From IMG/VR virus record IMGVR_UViG_3300035703_000020, positions 64,001-128,000 of that record: 64,000 nt of DNA. One strand, given 5' to 3'. The notes below the pieces were generated by a model, which did no database searches, was not told where the DNA came from, and saw nothing but the letters and a program-made list of their open reading frames with translations. The position numbers were made by a program, and so were the translations under genes. The stretch is from a virus. Positions 20,530 to 30,724 of this stretch are shown here, piece after piece (position 1 is the stretch's first letter; each line of letters starts with the position of its first letter).

Positions 20530-20922
20530 ATGCCATACGGAACACTCAAGGCGGACACGATCGAGAGCACCGCCGGCCTAACGCTCACCCAGAGCGGCAC
20601 GAACAAGGTGCTGACCCTGGGAGGCAACCTCACGACCTCCGGCGCCTTCGCGACGACGCTCACCGTCACCGGCACGACCAACGTGACCCTGCCGACGAGC
20701 GGCACGCTGCTGTCGGACACTTCGATCATCACCGGGGCGCAGGGCGGCACCGGCGTCAACAACTCAGGTAAAACCATCACACTGGACGGCAATCTGACAA
20801 CGTCCGGCGCCTTCGCGTGCACTCTCACGCTGACTGGCTCTACCAACGTGACACTCCCGACCAGCGGCACCCTCGGCACGAAGGGCCTCACGGCGGCCTT
20901 CGGCATCATCTTCGGCTTCTGA
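20530..20922 (+). CDS. Small fibre-like protein with internal repeat
   Basis: Two copies of TL.GNLTTSGAFA.TLT.TG.TNVTLPTSGTL. Confidence 0.6.
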   Translation: MPYGTLKADTIESTAGLTLTQSGTNKVLTLGGNLTTSGAFATTLTVTGTTNVTLPTSGTLLSDTSIITGAQGGTGVNNSGKTITLDGNLTTSGAFACTLTLTGSTNVTLPTSGTLGTKGLTAAFGIIFGF

Positions 20923-20933
20923 TCTGACGCGCT

Positions 20934-21572
20934 ATGCCAACACAGGTACAGTTCAGGCGGGGGACCACCGCCGAGAACCTGGCGTTCGCCGGGGCTCCCG
21001 GCGAGATCACCGTCGACACGAGCATCAACACCGTCCGCGTGCACAACGGGGCCACGGCCGGCGGGTTCGAGCTGGCCTCGTGCGTGGCGGCGCAGACACT
21101 CACCAACAAGGTGCTGCAGAGCCCGCTGATGCAGACCCCGTCCGTCACGGGCGACGGGATGAACTTCCAGGGGTCGACCAGCGGCGTCATGCGGTTGAAG
21201 GCGCAGGCGATCACCGCGACCGGCACCATCTTCCTCCCGAGCTCCGGCGGCACCCTGCTGACGACGGGCGGGATCGGGAGTATCACGGGCTCGATGATCG
21301 CGAACGACACGATCACGGACGCCAACATCAGCGTGTCGGCCGCCATCTCCAGCTCGAAGCTCAGCTTCGACGCGGACGTCCTGCCCGACGCCGACAACAC
21401 GATCAACCTCGGGTCCCCGTCGCTCCGCTTCGCCAACATCTACACCGGCGACCTGCACCTGCGCAACGACCGCGGCGACTGGACCGTGGTGGAGGAGGAG
21501 CACGCCCTGACGCTCCGGAACAACAAGACGGGCAAGCGATACGAGTTCGTCCTGAAGGAGATCGAAGACTGA
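20934..21572 (+). CDS. Fibre protein with Mtd-N-like N-terminus
   Basis: QVQFRRGTTAE..AFAGA.GEITVDT..RVHNG.T.GG; C-terminal ANIYTGDLHL module. Confidence 0.7.
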   Translation: MPTQVQFRRGTTAENLAFAGAPGEITVDTSINTVRVHNGATAGGFELASCVAAQTLTNKVLQSPLMQTPSVTGDGMNFQGSTSGVMRLKAQAITATGTIFLPSSGGTLLTTGGIGSITGSMIANDTITDANISVSAAISSSKLSFDADVLPDADNTINLGSPSLRFANIYTGDLHLRNDRGDWTVVEEEHALTLRNNKTGKRYEFVLKEIED

Positions 21573-21576
21573 CGCC

Positions 21577-23493
21577 ATGGCAAACCGCTTCCCGCTCACG
21601 CTAGACCCAATCGCGCAGCAGATCCGGGAGATCTCTGTAGGCGACAGCTTCGACCTCACGGGCAACACGGTCTCGTCCGACCTCATCCCGCTGATCCCCA
21701 ACACGTACAGCATAGGCGGCGTCGGGTTCCAGTGGCTCGACGTGCACGCCCAGAACATCTACGGCGCGCTGCAGACCGGGTCGCAGCCGTCGATCTTCGA
21801 GGTCGGCACGATCAGCGCCGGGCAGTGGCAGGCCAGCCCGGTCTCGACGCAGTACGGGGGCACCGGCGGGGCCCTGTCCCCGGTCGCCGGCGCGGTCCTG
21901 TACTCGCAGGCGGGCCAATTCAACGTGACGGCCGTCGGGGCCAGCGGGCAGGTGCTGAGATCCAACGGCGGCGCTGCCCCAAGCTGGACGAGCTCGCTCG
22001 ACCTGACCGACCTGAACATCTCATCGTCCCTGCACCTGCTTGACCAGAAGGCGATCCGGTTCTACGAGGGCGGCGGCGGGCCGAACTACGTCGAGATGCG
22101 GGCGCCCCTGACGATCGGCTCGGACTACGTGCTGACGCTCCCGGCCGACGACGGCAATCCCGGCGAGGTCATGGCGACCGACGGCTCCGGCAACCTGTCC
22201 TGGACGAGCCCGGTCGGCACCTTCATCTCGGCCGGCGACTCCGGCGTCTACGTGACGGACCCGGGCGTCGGCGGCCAGATCGCGTTCAAGACCGACAACC
22301 TCACCCGCTGGGAGCTCAACACTGCTGGGCACCTCATCCCGAGCACCGACAGCACCTACGACCTCGGCCTAAACGGCCAGCGCGTCGCGAACGTCTACGC
22401 AGACAGCTACCACGGCGAGATCGCGACCAACAACCAGCCGAACATCACCGGGCTCGGGACCGTCTCCAGCGGCACGTGGAGCGCGACGGTCATCGACCCG
22501 CTGTACGGCGGGACCGGCGTGTCCAACCCGTCCGGGCGCACGATCACGCTCGGTGGATCGATCACGACCGCCAACTCGTTCCAGACGTCGGGCAACTTCC
22601 CCATCACCCTGACGGCCACCGGCAACACGAGCATCACGCTGCCCACGAGCGGCACGCTGGTGTCGTCGTCGGTCACGACGCTCAGCAGCCTGACCACCGT
22701 CGGCAGCCTGCTCAGCCTGACGTGCCAGGGGACGACCAACCTGCAGGCCGGCGTGACCCTGGGCAGCAATGCCACCGACACGCTCACGATCAACAGCCGC
22801 CTGGCCTCGGACATCATCCCGAGCACGGACAACGCCAGGGACCTCGGCGGCGCCGGCTACCGCTTCGCGGAGGTTTGGGCTAGCCTGGCCTACCTCAACG
22901 AGGTCCGCCTCCCGACCGAGGGCCCGGTCAAGTTCTACGAGGCGGCGGTCAACGGCACCGACTATGTGGGCTTCCAGGCCCCGACGAGCATCACTGGGAC
23001 CGTCATCTGGAAGCTGCCGCCCGCGGACGGCGGCGCCAACCAGGTGCTGAAGACGGACGGCGCTGGCAACCTCTCCTGGGCAGCGGGCAGCGCGGTCGCG
23101 GCGGGCGGCTCCACCACGCAGGTCCAGTACAACTCGGGCGGATCGCTGACCGGCTCCGCGAACATGACGTTCGACGGGTCGACGCTGACCGTGCTTGGGC
23201 TGACTGTCAACAACGCCGCCAGCTTCAACGGTTCCACGACCACGTTCGGCAACGCCACGAGCGACGCCGTCGTCTTCAACGCGCGGGTCAACTCCGACCT
23301 CCTCCCCAGCACGGACAACACGCGCAACCTCGGCAGCGCGTCCAACCGCTGGGCGAACATCTACACCGGCGACCTCCACCTCAAGAACGAGAGGGGAGAC
23401 TGGACGATCATCGAGGAGGAGGACGCGCTGACCATCCGCAATAACAAGACGGGCAGGGTCTACGACATCATGATGACGCCGAGGGGGTCCTGA
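21577..23493 (+). CDS. Tail fibre-like protein
   Basis: Repeated LIP..D.T..LG...RW and LP..DG..GQVL.TDG.GNLSW modules; C-terminal ANIYTGDLHL module. Confidence 0.75.
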   Translation: MANRFPLTLDPIAQQIREISVGDSFDLTGNTVSSDLIPLIPNTYSIGGVGFQWLDVHAQNIYGALQTGSQPSIFEVGTISAGQWQASPVSTQYGGTGGALSPVAGAVLYSQAGQFNVTAVGASGQVLRSNGGAAPSWTSSLDLTDLNISSSLHLLDQKAIRFYEGGGGPNYVEMRAPLTIGSDYVLTLPADDGNPGEVMATDGSGNLSWTSPVGTFISAGDSGVYVTDPGVGGQIAFKTDNLTRWELNTAGHLIPSTDSTYDLGLNGQRVANVYADSYHGEIATNNQPNITGLGTVSSGTWSATVIDPLYGGTGVSNPSGRTITLGGSITTANSFQTSGNFPITLTATGNTSITLPTSGTLVSSSVTTLSSLTTVGSLLSLTCQGTTNLQAGVTLGSNATDTLTINSRLASDIIPSTDNARDLGGAGYRFAEVWASLAYLNEVRLPTEGPVKFYEAAVNGTDYVGFQAPTSITGTVIWKLPPADGGANQVLKTDGAGNLSWAAGSAVAAGGSTTQVQYNSGGSLTGSANMTFDGSTLTVLGLTVNNAASFNGSTTTFGNATSDAVVFNARVNSDLLPSTDNTRNLGSASNRWANIYTGDLHLKNERGDWTIIEEEDALTIRNNKTGRVYDIMMTPRGS

Positions 23494-24674
23494 TGGAGCT
23501 CCGGTCGATCACGAAGATCGAGCAGTTCATGACCAACGCGCTGCTGTCCTCGCCGCTCGTCCCGCTCGGGGTGAACGTGGTGAGGCTGGCGGACGTGTCC
23601 GACGAGGAGGGCATCTTCCAGATGGTCAACTCGATGGTCGTGCGCTACACCGACTCGAGCGTGAACATCGTCAGCCGCGCACCACTCTCGATGGAGCGCA
23701 CGCTGAACTTCGAGGTGAACATCGCCTGCCAGAGCTACCTCAGCAACTCCGGGCACGATTTCGCCGTGCAGCTGCTGGCCGCGGCCCACGAGACGCTGAT
23801 CAACCAGGTGCCGTGCGACACCGGCCTGGAGGTGATCGAGCCGCTGGTGATGTCGAGCGAGCGCTTCACCGGGCTCACGGACTCCACGCACTACACCTAC
23901 ACGCAGACCTGGTCGCTGGTGGTGCAGGACTACTACCGCGGCATCGCCCTCGACCCGTGCGTCGCCCGCGGCAACTGCAGCAAGCTGTGGCCGGCGTACC
24001 TCAACCAGAGGCTCCTCCCCGGCGAGTTCGTCGCGAGCGGCAGGATCACCGCCCCGGTGCTGCCGCCGCCGAACGACTCGATCGACTACGACTGCGAGTA
24101 CGCCGGCGTCGTGGTGAACGAGGCGGGCGACTGGGTCTACAAGTGGGACCCCACCAAGGTGTTCATGTCCGCCGGCGAGATCGCGAACTGCGAGGTCATC
24201 TACACCGGCCAGACGGACGAGTCGGGCAAGTTCTACATCTATAACATCAAGTGCGGCGGCGAGTTCGTCAGGTTCTTCTTCGCCTGCGACACCGGCAAGA
24301 GGCTGCTGCAGGTGAGCGAGACCCTGTTCAGGTCGCCGAACCAGCTCGTCGGGCTGCCGCGGGTCTCGGATCCAGGAGAGAGGATCGTGCCCAACACGCT
24401 GCTGCCCCGCAACGGGTACGGCTTCGTGGCGCCGGCCAAGGCGTTCATCTACAAGGACCCGACCGACCCCGACGCCATCGCCATCCTCGTGCAGAACGGC
24501 GACCTGTTCCCGACCGAGGAGGGCACGGTGCTGGCGGTCGACGACGCCTCGTACTACCGCATCGGCGGCACCCCGATTGGCAAGGCCTGGATCGACACGC
24601 GCGACTTCAGCCTGCTCGAGCCGAACCAATACCTGCCCCGGGTGGACGCGTCCGGGCCGGAGATCGAGGAGTAG
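23493..24674 (+). CDS. Hypothetical virion protein (possible tail-completion/neck)
   Basis: 393 aa ORF coupled to the fibre operon; good codon usage; no diagnostic motif. Confidence 0.45.
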   Translation: MELRSITKIEQFMTNALLSSPLVPLGVNVVRLADVSDEEGIFQMVNSMVVRYTDSSVNIVSRAPLSMERTLNFEVNIACQSYLSNSGHDFAVQLLAAAHETLINQVPCDTGLEVIEPLVMSSERFTGLTDSTHYTYTQTWSLVVQDYYRGIALDPCVARGNCSKLWPAYLNQRLLPGEFVASGRITAPVLPPPNDSIDYDCEYAGVVVNEAGDWVYKWDPTKVFMSAGEIANCEVIYTGQTDESGKFYIYNIKCGGEFVRFFFACDTGKRLLQVSETLFRSPNQLVGLPRVSDPGERIVPNTLLPRNGYGFVAPAKAFIYKDPTDPDAIAILVQNGDLFPTEEGTVLAVDDASYYRIGGTPIGKAWIDTRDFSLLEPNQYLPRVDASGPEIEE

Positions 24675-24688
24675 GGTAAGAGCCGCTG

Positions 24689-24904
24689 ATGGGAACAGCC
24701 GCGCGGGTGGACCTCTCCGACCTGAGCAACGAAGTGGACGCATCGCGCTACAGGCGCATGAGGCGGACCTACATCAACATGCTGGCCTCGGAGGTCCCCG
24801 AGTCCTTCCTCCTCCGCTTCGACAGCGAGGAGACGGCGCTCGAGGAGCTGCTAGACGCCATCTACGGCACAATGGAGGCGGACGACGATGAACAACGGGC
24901 GTGA
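24689..24904 (+). CDS. Hypothetical protein
   Basis: Starts 10 nt after a GGGTAA motif; overlaps the next gene. Confidence 0.55.
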   Translation: MGTAARVDLSDLSNEVDASRYRRMRRTYINMLASEVPESFLLRFDSEETALEELLDAIYGTMEADDDEQRA

Positions 24905-25073
24905 CATCCTCTGGAAGGAGTACTACGCCGCGGTCAAGGCCGGCAACGCCGACCGCGCCAAGCTGATTCTGAAGAAGCTGCACTCGGGCCCCTCCGGGAC
25001 GTCCGGGTCGGTGTACATGCCCAACGGCGCGCAGGCGCCGGGTGGGTGCAAGCGATGCAGGAGGACGATCTGA
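24888..25073 (+). CDS. Hypothetical protein with C-terminal CxxC
   Basis: GGAGG RBS; TGATG coupling to the next gene. Confidence 0.55.
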   Translation: MNNGRDILWKEYYAAVKAGNADRAKLILKKLHSGPSGTSGSVYMPNGAQAPGGCKRCRRTI

Positions 25074-25366
25074 TGGCCGACAGGAACGAGCGGATCATCG
25101 AGCAGAAGAGCAAGCTCGCCGAGAAGGTGCTGAAGGTGGCCGAGCAGGCGCTCGGCGACATCGAGGCGACCATGGGCGAGGCGCCCGTGCGCGACCTGAT
25201 CAGCATCTTCAACTCCTCGATCAAGGTCCACCGCGACCTCATGAGCGACATCGTCGCCATCCAGGAGAGCGAGACGAAGGCCGAGAAGGAGCTGGCCAAG
25301 GACAAGGAGTACACCTCCAAGGTCGACGACCTGCTCAAGAAGCTGGGGCAGGGCAAGCAGGAATGA
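25073..25366 (+). CDS. Putative terminase small subunit
   Basis: 97 aa helical protein (true start MADRNE at TGATG overlap) directly upstream of, and overlapping, terL. Confidence 0.45.
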   Translation: MADRNERIIEQKSKLAEKVLKVAEQALGDIEATMGEAPVRDLISIFNSSIKVHRDLMSDIVAIQESETKAEKELAKDKEYTSKVDDLLKKLGQGKQE

Positions 25367-27051
25367 GGCCCATCATCACGCACGCGTCGCAGCTGGAGGA
25401 GCACTCGAGCTGGCGCGTGTACAAGCGCGGGCTCCGCGAGCTGGAGCTCATGGAGGCGCCGAAGAGCGTGCTGCAGGACTACAGGTTCCGCGCGGCGCGC
25501 TCTTGCTTTCTGGCGTTCGCGGACGTCATGCTCGACGGCAAGCTGCAGGTCGCCGACTTCCACGAGATCATCGGCTCCGCGTTCGAGGACGTCGCCCAGC
25601 TGCGCTACCAGAGGCTGATCGTCAGCTGCGCGCCGCGCTCGGGCAAGTCAATGCTCGCCCAGCTGTTCGTCGCATGGCTCCTCGGCCACGACGAGCAGAC
25701 GCAGCACATCATCGCGTCGTACGGCCAGCTCCTCTCGAACAAGTTCAACCGCGGGGTCAACGGCTACCTCCGCCACAAGCACTTCCAGCGCATCTTCCCC
25801 GAGTGGAGCGGCTTCCACCCGGACTCCAAGTACGACATGCGCGGCGGCGGGTTCATCCTCGCGACGTCCGTCGGCGGGGTGCTCACAGGCTTCACGGCCG
25901 GGACGCCGCACGAGGACAGCCCCGGCGTCGGCGCGATGGTCATCGACGACCCGCTGAAGGGCTCGGACTCCCGCGCCGCGTTCGAGGAGTTAGAGGACTG
26001 GTGGGGCGAGCAGGCGTCCACCCGGCGCACGAACCGCTGGGCCCAGCTCGTCATCGGCACCCGCTTCGGCGAGAAGGACCTCCACGGCCTCCTGATGGAC
26101 GGCGACGGCCTCTGGGACCCCGACGACAACCCGAAGGGCTGGCGGTGGGTGAACATCGAGGCGCTCTGCGAGAACGAGGCGACCGACATCCTCGGCCGGA
26201 AGAACGGCGAGTCGCACTGGCCCGGTAACGGCACCTTCACCGTCGACATGCTCCTCTCGCAGAAGAGGATCATGGGCTCGGACAAGTTCTCCGCGCTCTA
26301 CCAGGGCAGGCCGACGGCGCAGGAGGGCTCGATCGTCAAGGCGGGCTGGATCAGCGTGAAAAGGCCCGAGGACTGCCCGGAGTTCGACATCACCTACCTG
26401 TCGCTCGACACGGCGTTCTCCGAGAAGCAGAGCGCGGACGAAAGCGTGATCGCGGTGATGGGCTACTCGCGCAAGCACAAGGACGACGTCTACGTCCGCG
26501 AGATCATCAGCGGGCGGTGGGGCTTCCCAGACCTGCTCGCCATGCTCGAGCAGACGCGGAAATACTATGGGGCGAAGTTCCTCACGATCGAGCAGGCGGC
26601 GTCCGGCCAGTCGCTGATCCAGATGCTCGAGCGGGAGAGCAAGATACACATCCACGGATTCAAGCCGCTGCGGTCCAAGACGATCCGCCTGCAGACGGTG
26701 TCCCCGCTGTGGGAGGCCGGGCGCGTGCACTTCGTCGAGGGCGCCTGGACGGACGACTTCATTAAGGAGCTCACGGCCTTCCCCTTCGTGCCGCACGACG
26801 ACCGGACTGACGCGGTCGTTTACGGGTTGACGTACTACATGTTCCACCTCGACGGTGGAACGCACGGCGACACGCTCCAGGCGATTGTCGGCGCCAAGGG
26901 CAAGTCACCAGGCCGCGGGCAGCTCACGGGCGAGTTCACGGAGCTGCGGAGCGGCAGGAAGCGCGAGCTGCTGACGCACGGCGAGAGGGCACTGTACTTC
27001 GGCAAAGGCGGCAAGCGGTCGGGGCTCTCGTACGACATAGGCATGGACTGA
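25363..27051 (+). CDS. terL: Terminase large subunit
   Basis: True start MRPIIT (ATGA overlap); Walker A APRSGKS, Walker B VIDDP, IGTR motif, nuclease LDTAF...HDDRTDA. Confidence 0.92.
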   Translation: MRPIITHASQLEEHSSWRVYKRGLRELELMEAPKSVLQDYRFRAARSCFLAFADVMLDGKLQVADFHEIIGSAFEDVAQLRYQRLIVSCAPRSGKSMLAQLFVAWLLGHDEQTQHIIASYGQLLSNKFNRGVNGYLRHKHFQRIFPEWSGFHPDSKYDMRGGGFILATSVGGVLTGFTAGTPHEDSPGVGAMVIDDPLKGSDSRAAFEELEDWWGEQASTRRTNRWAQLVIGTRFGEKDLHGLLMDGDGLWDPDDNPKGWRWVNIEALCENEATDILGRKNGESHWPGNGTFTVDMLLSQKRIMGSDKFSALYQGRPTAQEGSIVKAGWISVKRPEDCPEFDITYLSLDTAFSEKQSADESVIAVMGYSRKHKDDVYVREIISGRWGFPDLLAMLEQTRKYYGAKFLTIEQAASGQSLIQMLERESKIHIHGFKPLRSKTIRLQTVSPLWEAGRVHFVEGAWTDDFIKELTAFPFVPHDDRTDAVVYGLTYYMFHLDGGTHGDTLQAIVGAKGKSPGRGQLTGEFTELRSGRKRELLTHGERALYFGKGGKRSGLSYDIGMD

Positions 27052-27144
27052 TCCCCCTTCACATGCTTAGCCGACGAGCGGGGCATCTTATTCAATAAGT
27101 AAAAGAAGACATGGGTAATATAATGACGTTCGCGTCTTACACTC

Positions 27145-27441
27145 GTGCCGAATAATAGATTCCAGAAGAAACGCACCTTCATGAAGACTCAGCCAATGGA
27201 CGACCGATTCATAGAGGAGCGCATCCCCGTAGAGGCCAAACCACCGCGTAATTACCTTCGTGATCGCGGCAAGCGACTCACTAATCGAGCCACCGGACGC
27301 CGCATAACCGTGCAGGGCGGTGTCGGTTGGAAAGAGATCTGCGAAGAGATCCTCCGCGATGGTACGCATCCGAAATCACTCGCCCAGGTTGCGGCTGGAA
27401 AATGGAAAACTGCCAATGGGTGGGAGGTCGAGGTATTGTGA
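27145..27441 (+). CDS. Hypothetical basic protein (possible endonuclease-associated DNA-binding module)
   Basis: Within the low-GC patch; C-terminal L.QVA.GK.KT.NGW resembles NUMOD1-type modules; start uncertain. Confidence 0.45.
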   Translation: MPNNRFQKKRTFMKTQPMDDRFIEERIPVEAKPPRNYLRDRGKRLTNRATGRRITVQGGVGWKEICEEILRDGTHPKSLAQVAAGKWKTANGWEVEVL

Positions 27442-27875
27442 AACACAAGCACAGAATCACGCCAGGCTACGAAGGTGGTGAGTACGTAGAGGGGAATGTA
27501 GTCGAGCTGACACCGACGCAGCACGCAATGTGGCATTTCGCCGAATGGCAACGCAAAGGCAATTGGCAAGATAGATTAGCGTGGCAGTGCTTGACCGCGC
27601 AATGCACGAGGGGGGAAGCTGTAAGAAAAGCTCAATCAGAAGGCGGTAAACTGGGAGGCAGATCAAGACCATCGGCTGAAGCTAGAGAGAAAATGAGCGC
27701 GTGGCAACGTGGTGAAAGGAGCCCGAGTTACGGAAAATGTAAGAGCGAGGAAACGCGGAGGAAAATTTCGGCAAGTAGCAAGGGAAAGAAACTGAGCGAG
27801 GAAACACGCCGCAAAATAAGCGAGGCCAGTAAAGGTAGAACACCATGGAATAAGGGCTTGCGTCTGCGGGGGTAA
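27438..27875 (+). CDS. HNH homing endonuclease with NUMOD3 repeats
   Basis: GTG start (GTGA overlap); HKHRI.PG..GG.Y...NV..L...HA..H HNH core plus SEETRRKIS repeats and PWNKG. Confidence 0.8.
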   Translation: MKHKHRITPGYEGGEYVEGNVVELTPTQHAMWHFAEWQRKGNWQDRLAWQCLTAQCTRGEAVRKAQSEGGKLGGRSRPSAEAREKMSAWQRGERSPSYGKCKSEETRRKISASSKGKKLSEETRRKISEASKGRTPWNKGLRLRG

Positions 27876-27905
27876 GCTCGGGACATACCTTGGCAAGAAT
27901 ATGCC

Positions 27906-28706
27906 ATGGCAAAAATTAAAGGGGGTGAGCCGCATGATCACCTAGAGTTCGCATTGGTCGAATCTCAAACCTTTGTCACCGATACAATGCCAGCTTGCAA
28001 AGAGCGTCGCAAGGAACGCAGGGCTAACGTGGCCCGCGCCGAGCTCGACACCCACCGCAACATGGACCTCATGCCGTTCATCCCGAGGACGGACAGGCAG
28101 GAGGAGCTCTGGACATGCCTCAACAAGAACACCGTCACGATCGCCGTCGGCCCGGCCGGCGTCGGTAAGACCCTCGTGGCCCTGCACTGGGGCCTCAGCT
28201 CGATCAGGGTCAACCAGATCGACAAGATCTACTACCTGCGCTCCGACGTCGGGGTCATGCACCAGCGGGGCCGCGGCGCGCTGCCGGGCACGATGGAGGA
28301 GAAGATGGCGCCGCTCGTCGGCCCGGTCTTCGACAACCTCAACGTGATCATGCGGTCGCACGGCGCCGCCGAGTACCTCGTCAACAAGAAGGTCGTCGAG
28401 CCGATCCTGCTCGAGGACGTCCGCGGCCGCTCGCTGTCGAACTGCCTGATCGTCTTTGACGAGGCGCAGAACGCCACGCCCGACCAGTGCAAGACCGTGC
28501 TGAGTCGCGTCGGCGAGAACGCCAAGGTGGTCCTCACGGGCGACACCAGGCAGATCGACCTCGACGTGTTCCAGACCAACTGCGGGCTGATCGACGCCTA
28601 CCAGCGCCTCGCGGGGCTCGACCAGGTCGGCAGGGTCCGGTTCACGGCCGACGACATCGTGCGCAACTCGGTGATCGCACACATCCTCAGAAGGTATGAC
28701 GACTGA
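27906..28706 (+). CDS. phoH: PhoH-family ATPase
   Basis: GPAGVGKT Walker A, LPG, RGRSL, DEAQN, GD..QID and DIVRN motifs. Confidence 0.92.
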   Translation: MAKIKGGEPHDHLEFALVESQTFVTDTMPACKERRKERRANVARAELDTHRNMDLMPFIPRTDRQEELWTCLNKNTVTIAVGPAGVGKTLVALHWGLSSIRVNQIDKIYYLRSDVGVMHQRGRGALPGTMEEKMAPLVGPVFDNLNVIMRSHGAAEYLVNKKVVEPILLEDVRGRSLSNCLIVFDEAQNATPDQCKTVLSRVGENAKVVLTGDTRQIDLDVFQTNCGLIDAYQRLAGLDQVGRVRFTADDIVRNSVIAHILRRYDD

Positions 28707-29472
28707 CGCGGACAGGTACGCATCCTCGTTCGACGGTGGGTCCCGGGAGGTTCTCGGGGCCCTCTTCGACTTCGCGGCGTGCGAGAGGCCGGACGGGTCC
28801 CGCTACGGGATCGCGGCCGGCAGGCGGTGCAGGAAGGGCCGCGAGGTCGACATCGAGGGCGCCGAGTGGGAGTACCTCACGAAGGGCAACTACGGGGCCG
28901 TCGAGATCGACCGAAAGCAGGGGCTGATCCGCAAGACCAACGTGCCGGGCCGGAGCTTCGGCGAGCACGAGGCGGAGCTGCAGAGGATGATGGGCGACGC
29001 GGGCCACAGCCCGAAGCTCCACAGGGCGTCCGACAGCGAGATCGTCATGGACCTGGCGCCCGGGAAGACGATCTGGAAGGACTACAGGCCGTCCGAGGGC
29101 GAGAAGGGCGTGAGGTTCAACGAGGCGCAGGCCTCGGCCGCGGCGAAGGCCGTGCTGTTCCTCCACCGCAAGGGCTTCTACCACGGCGACATGCACAGCC
29201 TGCAGTGGATGGTGGACGGCGACAGGCCCATGCTGATCGACTTCGGCCTGAGCGGTAAAACGGCCTCGGACCCGAGGAAGGCGCTGCAGGACTGGACGAA
29301 GGGCGCGGCGTTCATGAACCTCGACGCCGTCGGCGGGGAGGGCGGCAGGCGCGTCCGGGACTACGTCGGGCGGTACAGGGAGGCGGGGGCGTCCAAGCCC
29401 GCGAAGGACAGGCAGGCCAAGCAGGAGCAGGTCGCCAGGGAGTACCTGGACTGGGTCGGCTCGCTCGGGTAA
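28696..29472 (+). CDS. Protein kinase-like protein with N-terminal DFA-C...CRKG module
   Basis: GNYGAV P-loop, IRK, HGDMH, LIDFG; N-terminal DFAACERPDGSRYG...CRKG. Confidence 0.75.
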   Translation: MTTDADRYASSFDGGSREVLGALFDFAACERPDGSRYGIAAGRRCRKGREVDIEGAEWEYLTKGNYGAVEIDRKQGLIRKTNVPGRSFGEHEAELQRMMGDAGHSPKLHRASDSEIVMDLAPGKTIWKDYRPSEGEKGVRFNEAQASAAAKAVLFLHRKGFYHGDMHSLQWMVDGDRPMLIDFGLSGKTASDPRKALQDWTKGAAFMNLDAVGGEGGRRVRDYVGRYREAGASKPAKDRQAKQEQVAREYLDWVGSLG

Positions 29473-29515
29473 ACCCTACGAGGCGGGCTCCCGTCCCGCG
29501 TTAAAGCAGACTGCC

Positions 29516-30124
29516 ATGAGAAAAGACCGCTTCACCGACGAGGCCCTGCGGAACGCGCGGGCGCTCGCCGAACTGAAATACTCCGAGAACCCCGAGGAGC
29601 AGACGGCCTTCGCGGAGGCCTACGACTTCGCGCGCTGCCAGCGGCCCGACGGCACCTTCTACGGCACCAGCGGCCAGTGCCGCAAGGGCCAGGAGGCCGG
29701 CGCCAACAAGAAGCTCAAGACGGACTTCCGCAAGGAGGTGGCCGCCGGCGCCGCCAAGCGCAAGGTGCGGGACGAAAAGATCACGGCCAGGCAGGGCCGC
29801 GACGCCGAGCTGCGGACGCAGATCCGCGACGCGATCGTCGCGCAGCGCCCGATCAAGGCCGAGCTCGACCGCCGCGAGCGGGCCCTCCGCGAGGTGGAGC
29901 GCCGCGTGAAGAAGGACCCCTCGAAGGAGAACAGGGCCAACATGAGGACGCTCGCCGCCGCCGTGCGGGAGAAGGAGCGCGAGTACAACAAGGCCGAGCG
30001 GGAGATCGAGAAGATGGCGCGCGAGCGGGCGCGCCTCGAGCGGCAGCGGCAGCGCGAGCTGATGACCCCGGCCCAGAGGGCCGAGGAGCGCCGCGTCGGC
30101 AAGATCATCAAGGAGCGCGGCTGA
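29516..30124 (+). CDS. DFARC...CRKG-module protein with basic coiled-coil cargo
   Basis: DFARCQRPDGTFYGTSGQCRKG followed by an R/K/E-rich helix. Confidence 0.7.
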   Translation: MRKDRFTDEALRNARALAELKYSENPEEQTAFAEAYDFARCQRPDGTFYGTSGQCRKGQEAGANKKLKTDFRKEVAAGAAKRKVRDEKITARQGRDAELRTQIRDAIVAQRPIKAELDRRERALREVERRVKKDPSKENRANMRTLAAAVREKEREYNKAEREIEKMARERARLERQRQRELMTPAQRAEERRVGKIIKERG

Positions 30125-30717
30125 TGGCCAGGGTACACAGCAACATCTTCGACAACTTCAGCGAGGAGGCCCTCGAGGCGCTGGACTTCGCCCGTTGCCA
30201 GCGGGCCGACGGCTCCTACTACGGGACCTCGGGCCAGTGCCGCAAGGGCAAGGAGGCGGGCGACAAGACAGCTGAGCAAAAGAAAGTTCCAACGGCGAAG
30301 CCCAGCGGAGTAAGCAACGAGCAGGCGATGAAGCTCCGCGCCTCCCTCACCAAGCAGATCGGCGACGCAGCAAAGTCCCGCGACCTGAACAAGACCAACA
30401 ATCTGATGCAGGCGCTCGCGGCCGTCGAAGGTCAGCTCAAGGCCAGAGGCGTTAATCTCGCCGGAGGCGGGGCGATGGCCGAGGCCAAGGCCGGCGAGCG
30501 CGAGATCGCCCGCGGCGAGAAGTTCATCGGCCGCGCCCGCGTCGCGATGAAGAAGCTCTCCAACGAGCGCAATGTCGCCCAGATGCGCCTGCAGATCGGG
30601 CGCATGAACCAGATCGACGAGGCCATGAAGCGCCTCCGCAAGAAGGCTGAGCAGGTCGGCGGGCGGCTCGACGAGCTGACCGGCACCAAGGGCCAGGGCA
30701 AGTACTACGTCCCCTGA
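30124..30717 (+). CDS. DFARC...CRKG-module protein, basic helical cargo
   Basis: True start MARVHS at the TGATG overlap, inside listed ORF 29677..30717. Confidence 0.7.
   Translation: MARVHSNIFDNFSEEALEALDFARCQRADGSYYGTSGQCRKGKEAGDKTAEQKKVPTAKPSGVSNEQAMKLRASLTKQIGDAAKSRDLNKTNNLMQALAAVEGQLKARGVNLAGGGAMAEAKAGEREIARGEKFIGRARVAMKKLSNERNVAQMRLQIGRMNQIDEAMKRLRKKAEQVGGRLDELTGTKGQGKYYVP
30141..30265 (+). repeat. 125-bp exact direct repeat, copy 1
   Basis: Identical to 30739-30863 (CAACATCTTC...GGCGGGCGACA). Confidence 0.9.
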
Positions 30718-30724
30718 GGCCGGC

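Larger units (their letters stand above)
27052..28020. mobile_element. Lower-GC insertion carrying a free-standing homing endonuclease
   Basis: Abrupt switch to A/T-rich codons between terL and the 5' part of phoH. Confidence 0.6.

Noticed and set aside
27052-27905. Group I intron interrupting terL or phoH
   Set aside because: terL has all nuclease motifs before its stop and phoH is complete, so the endonuclease appears free-standing.
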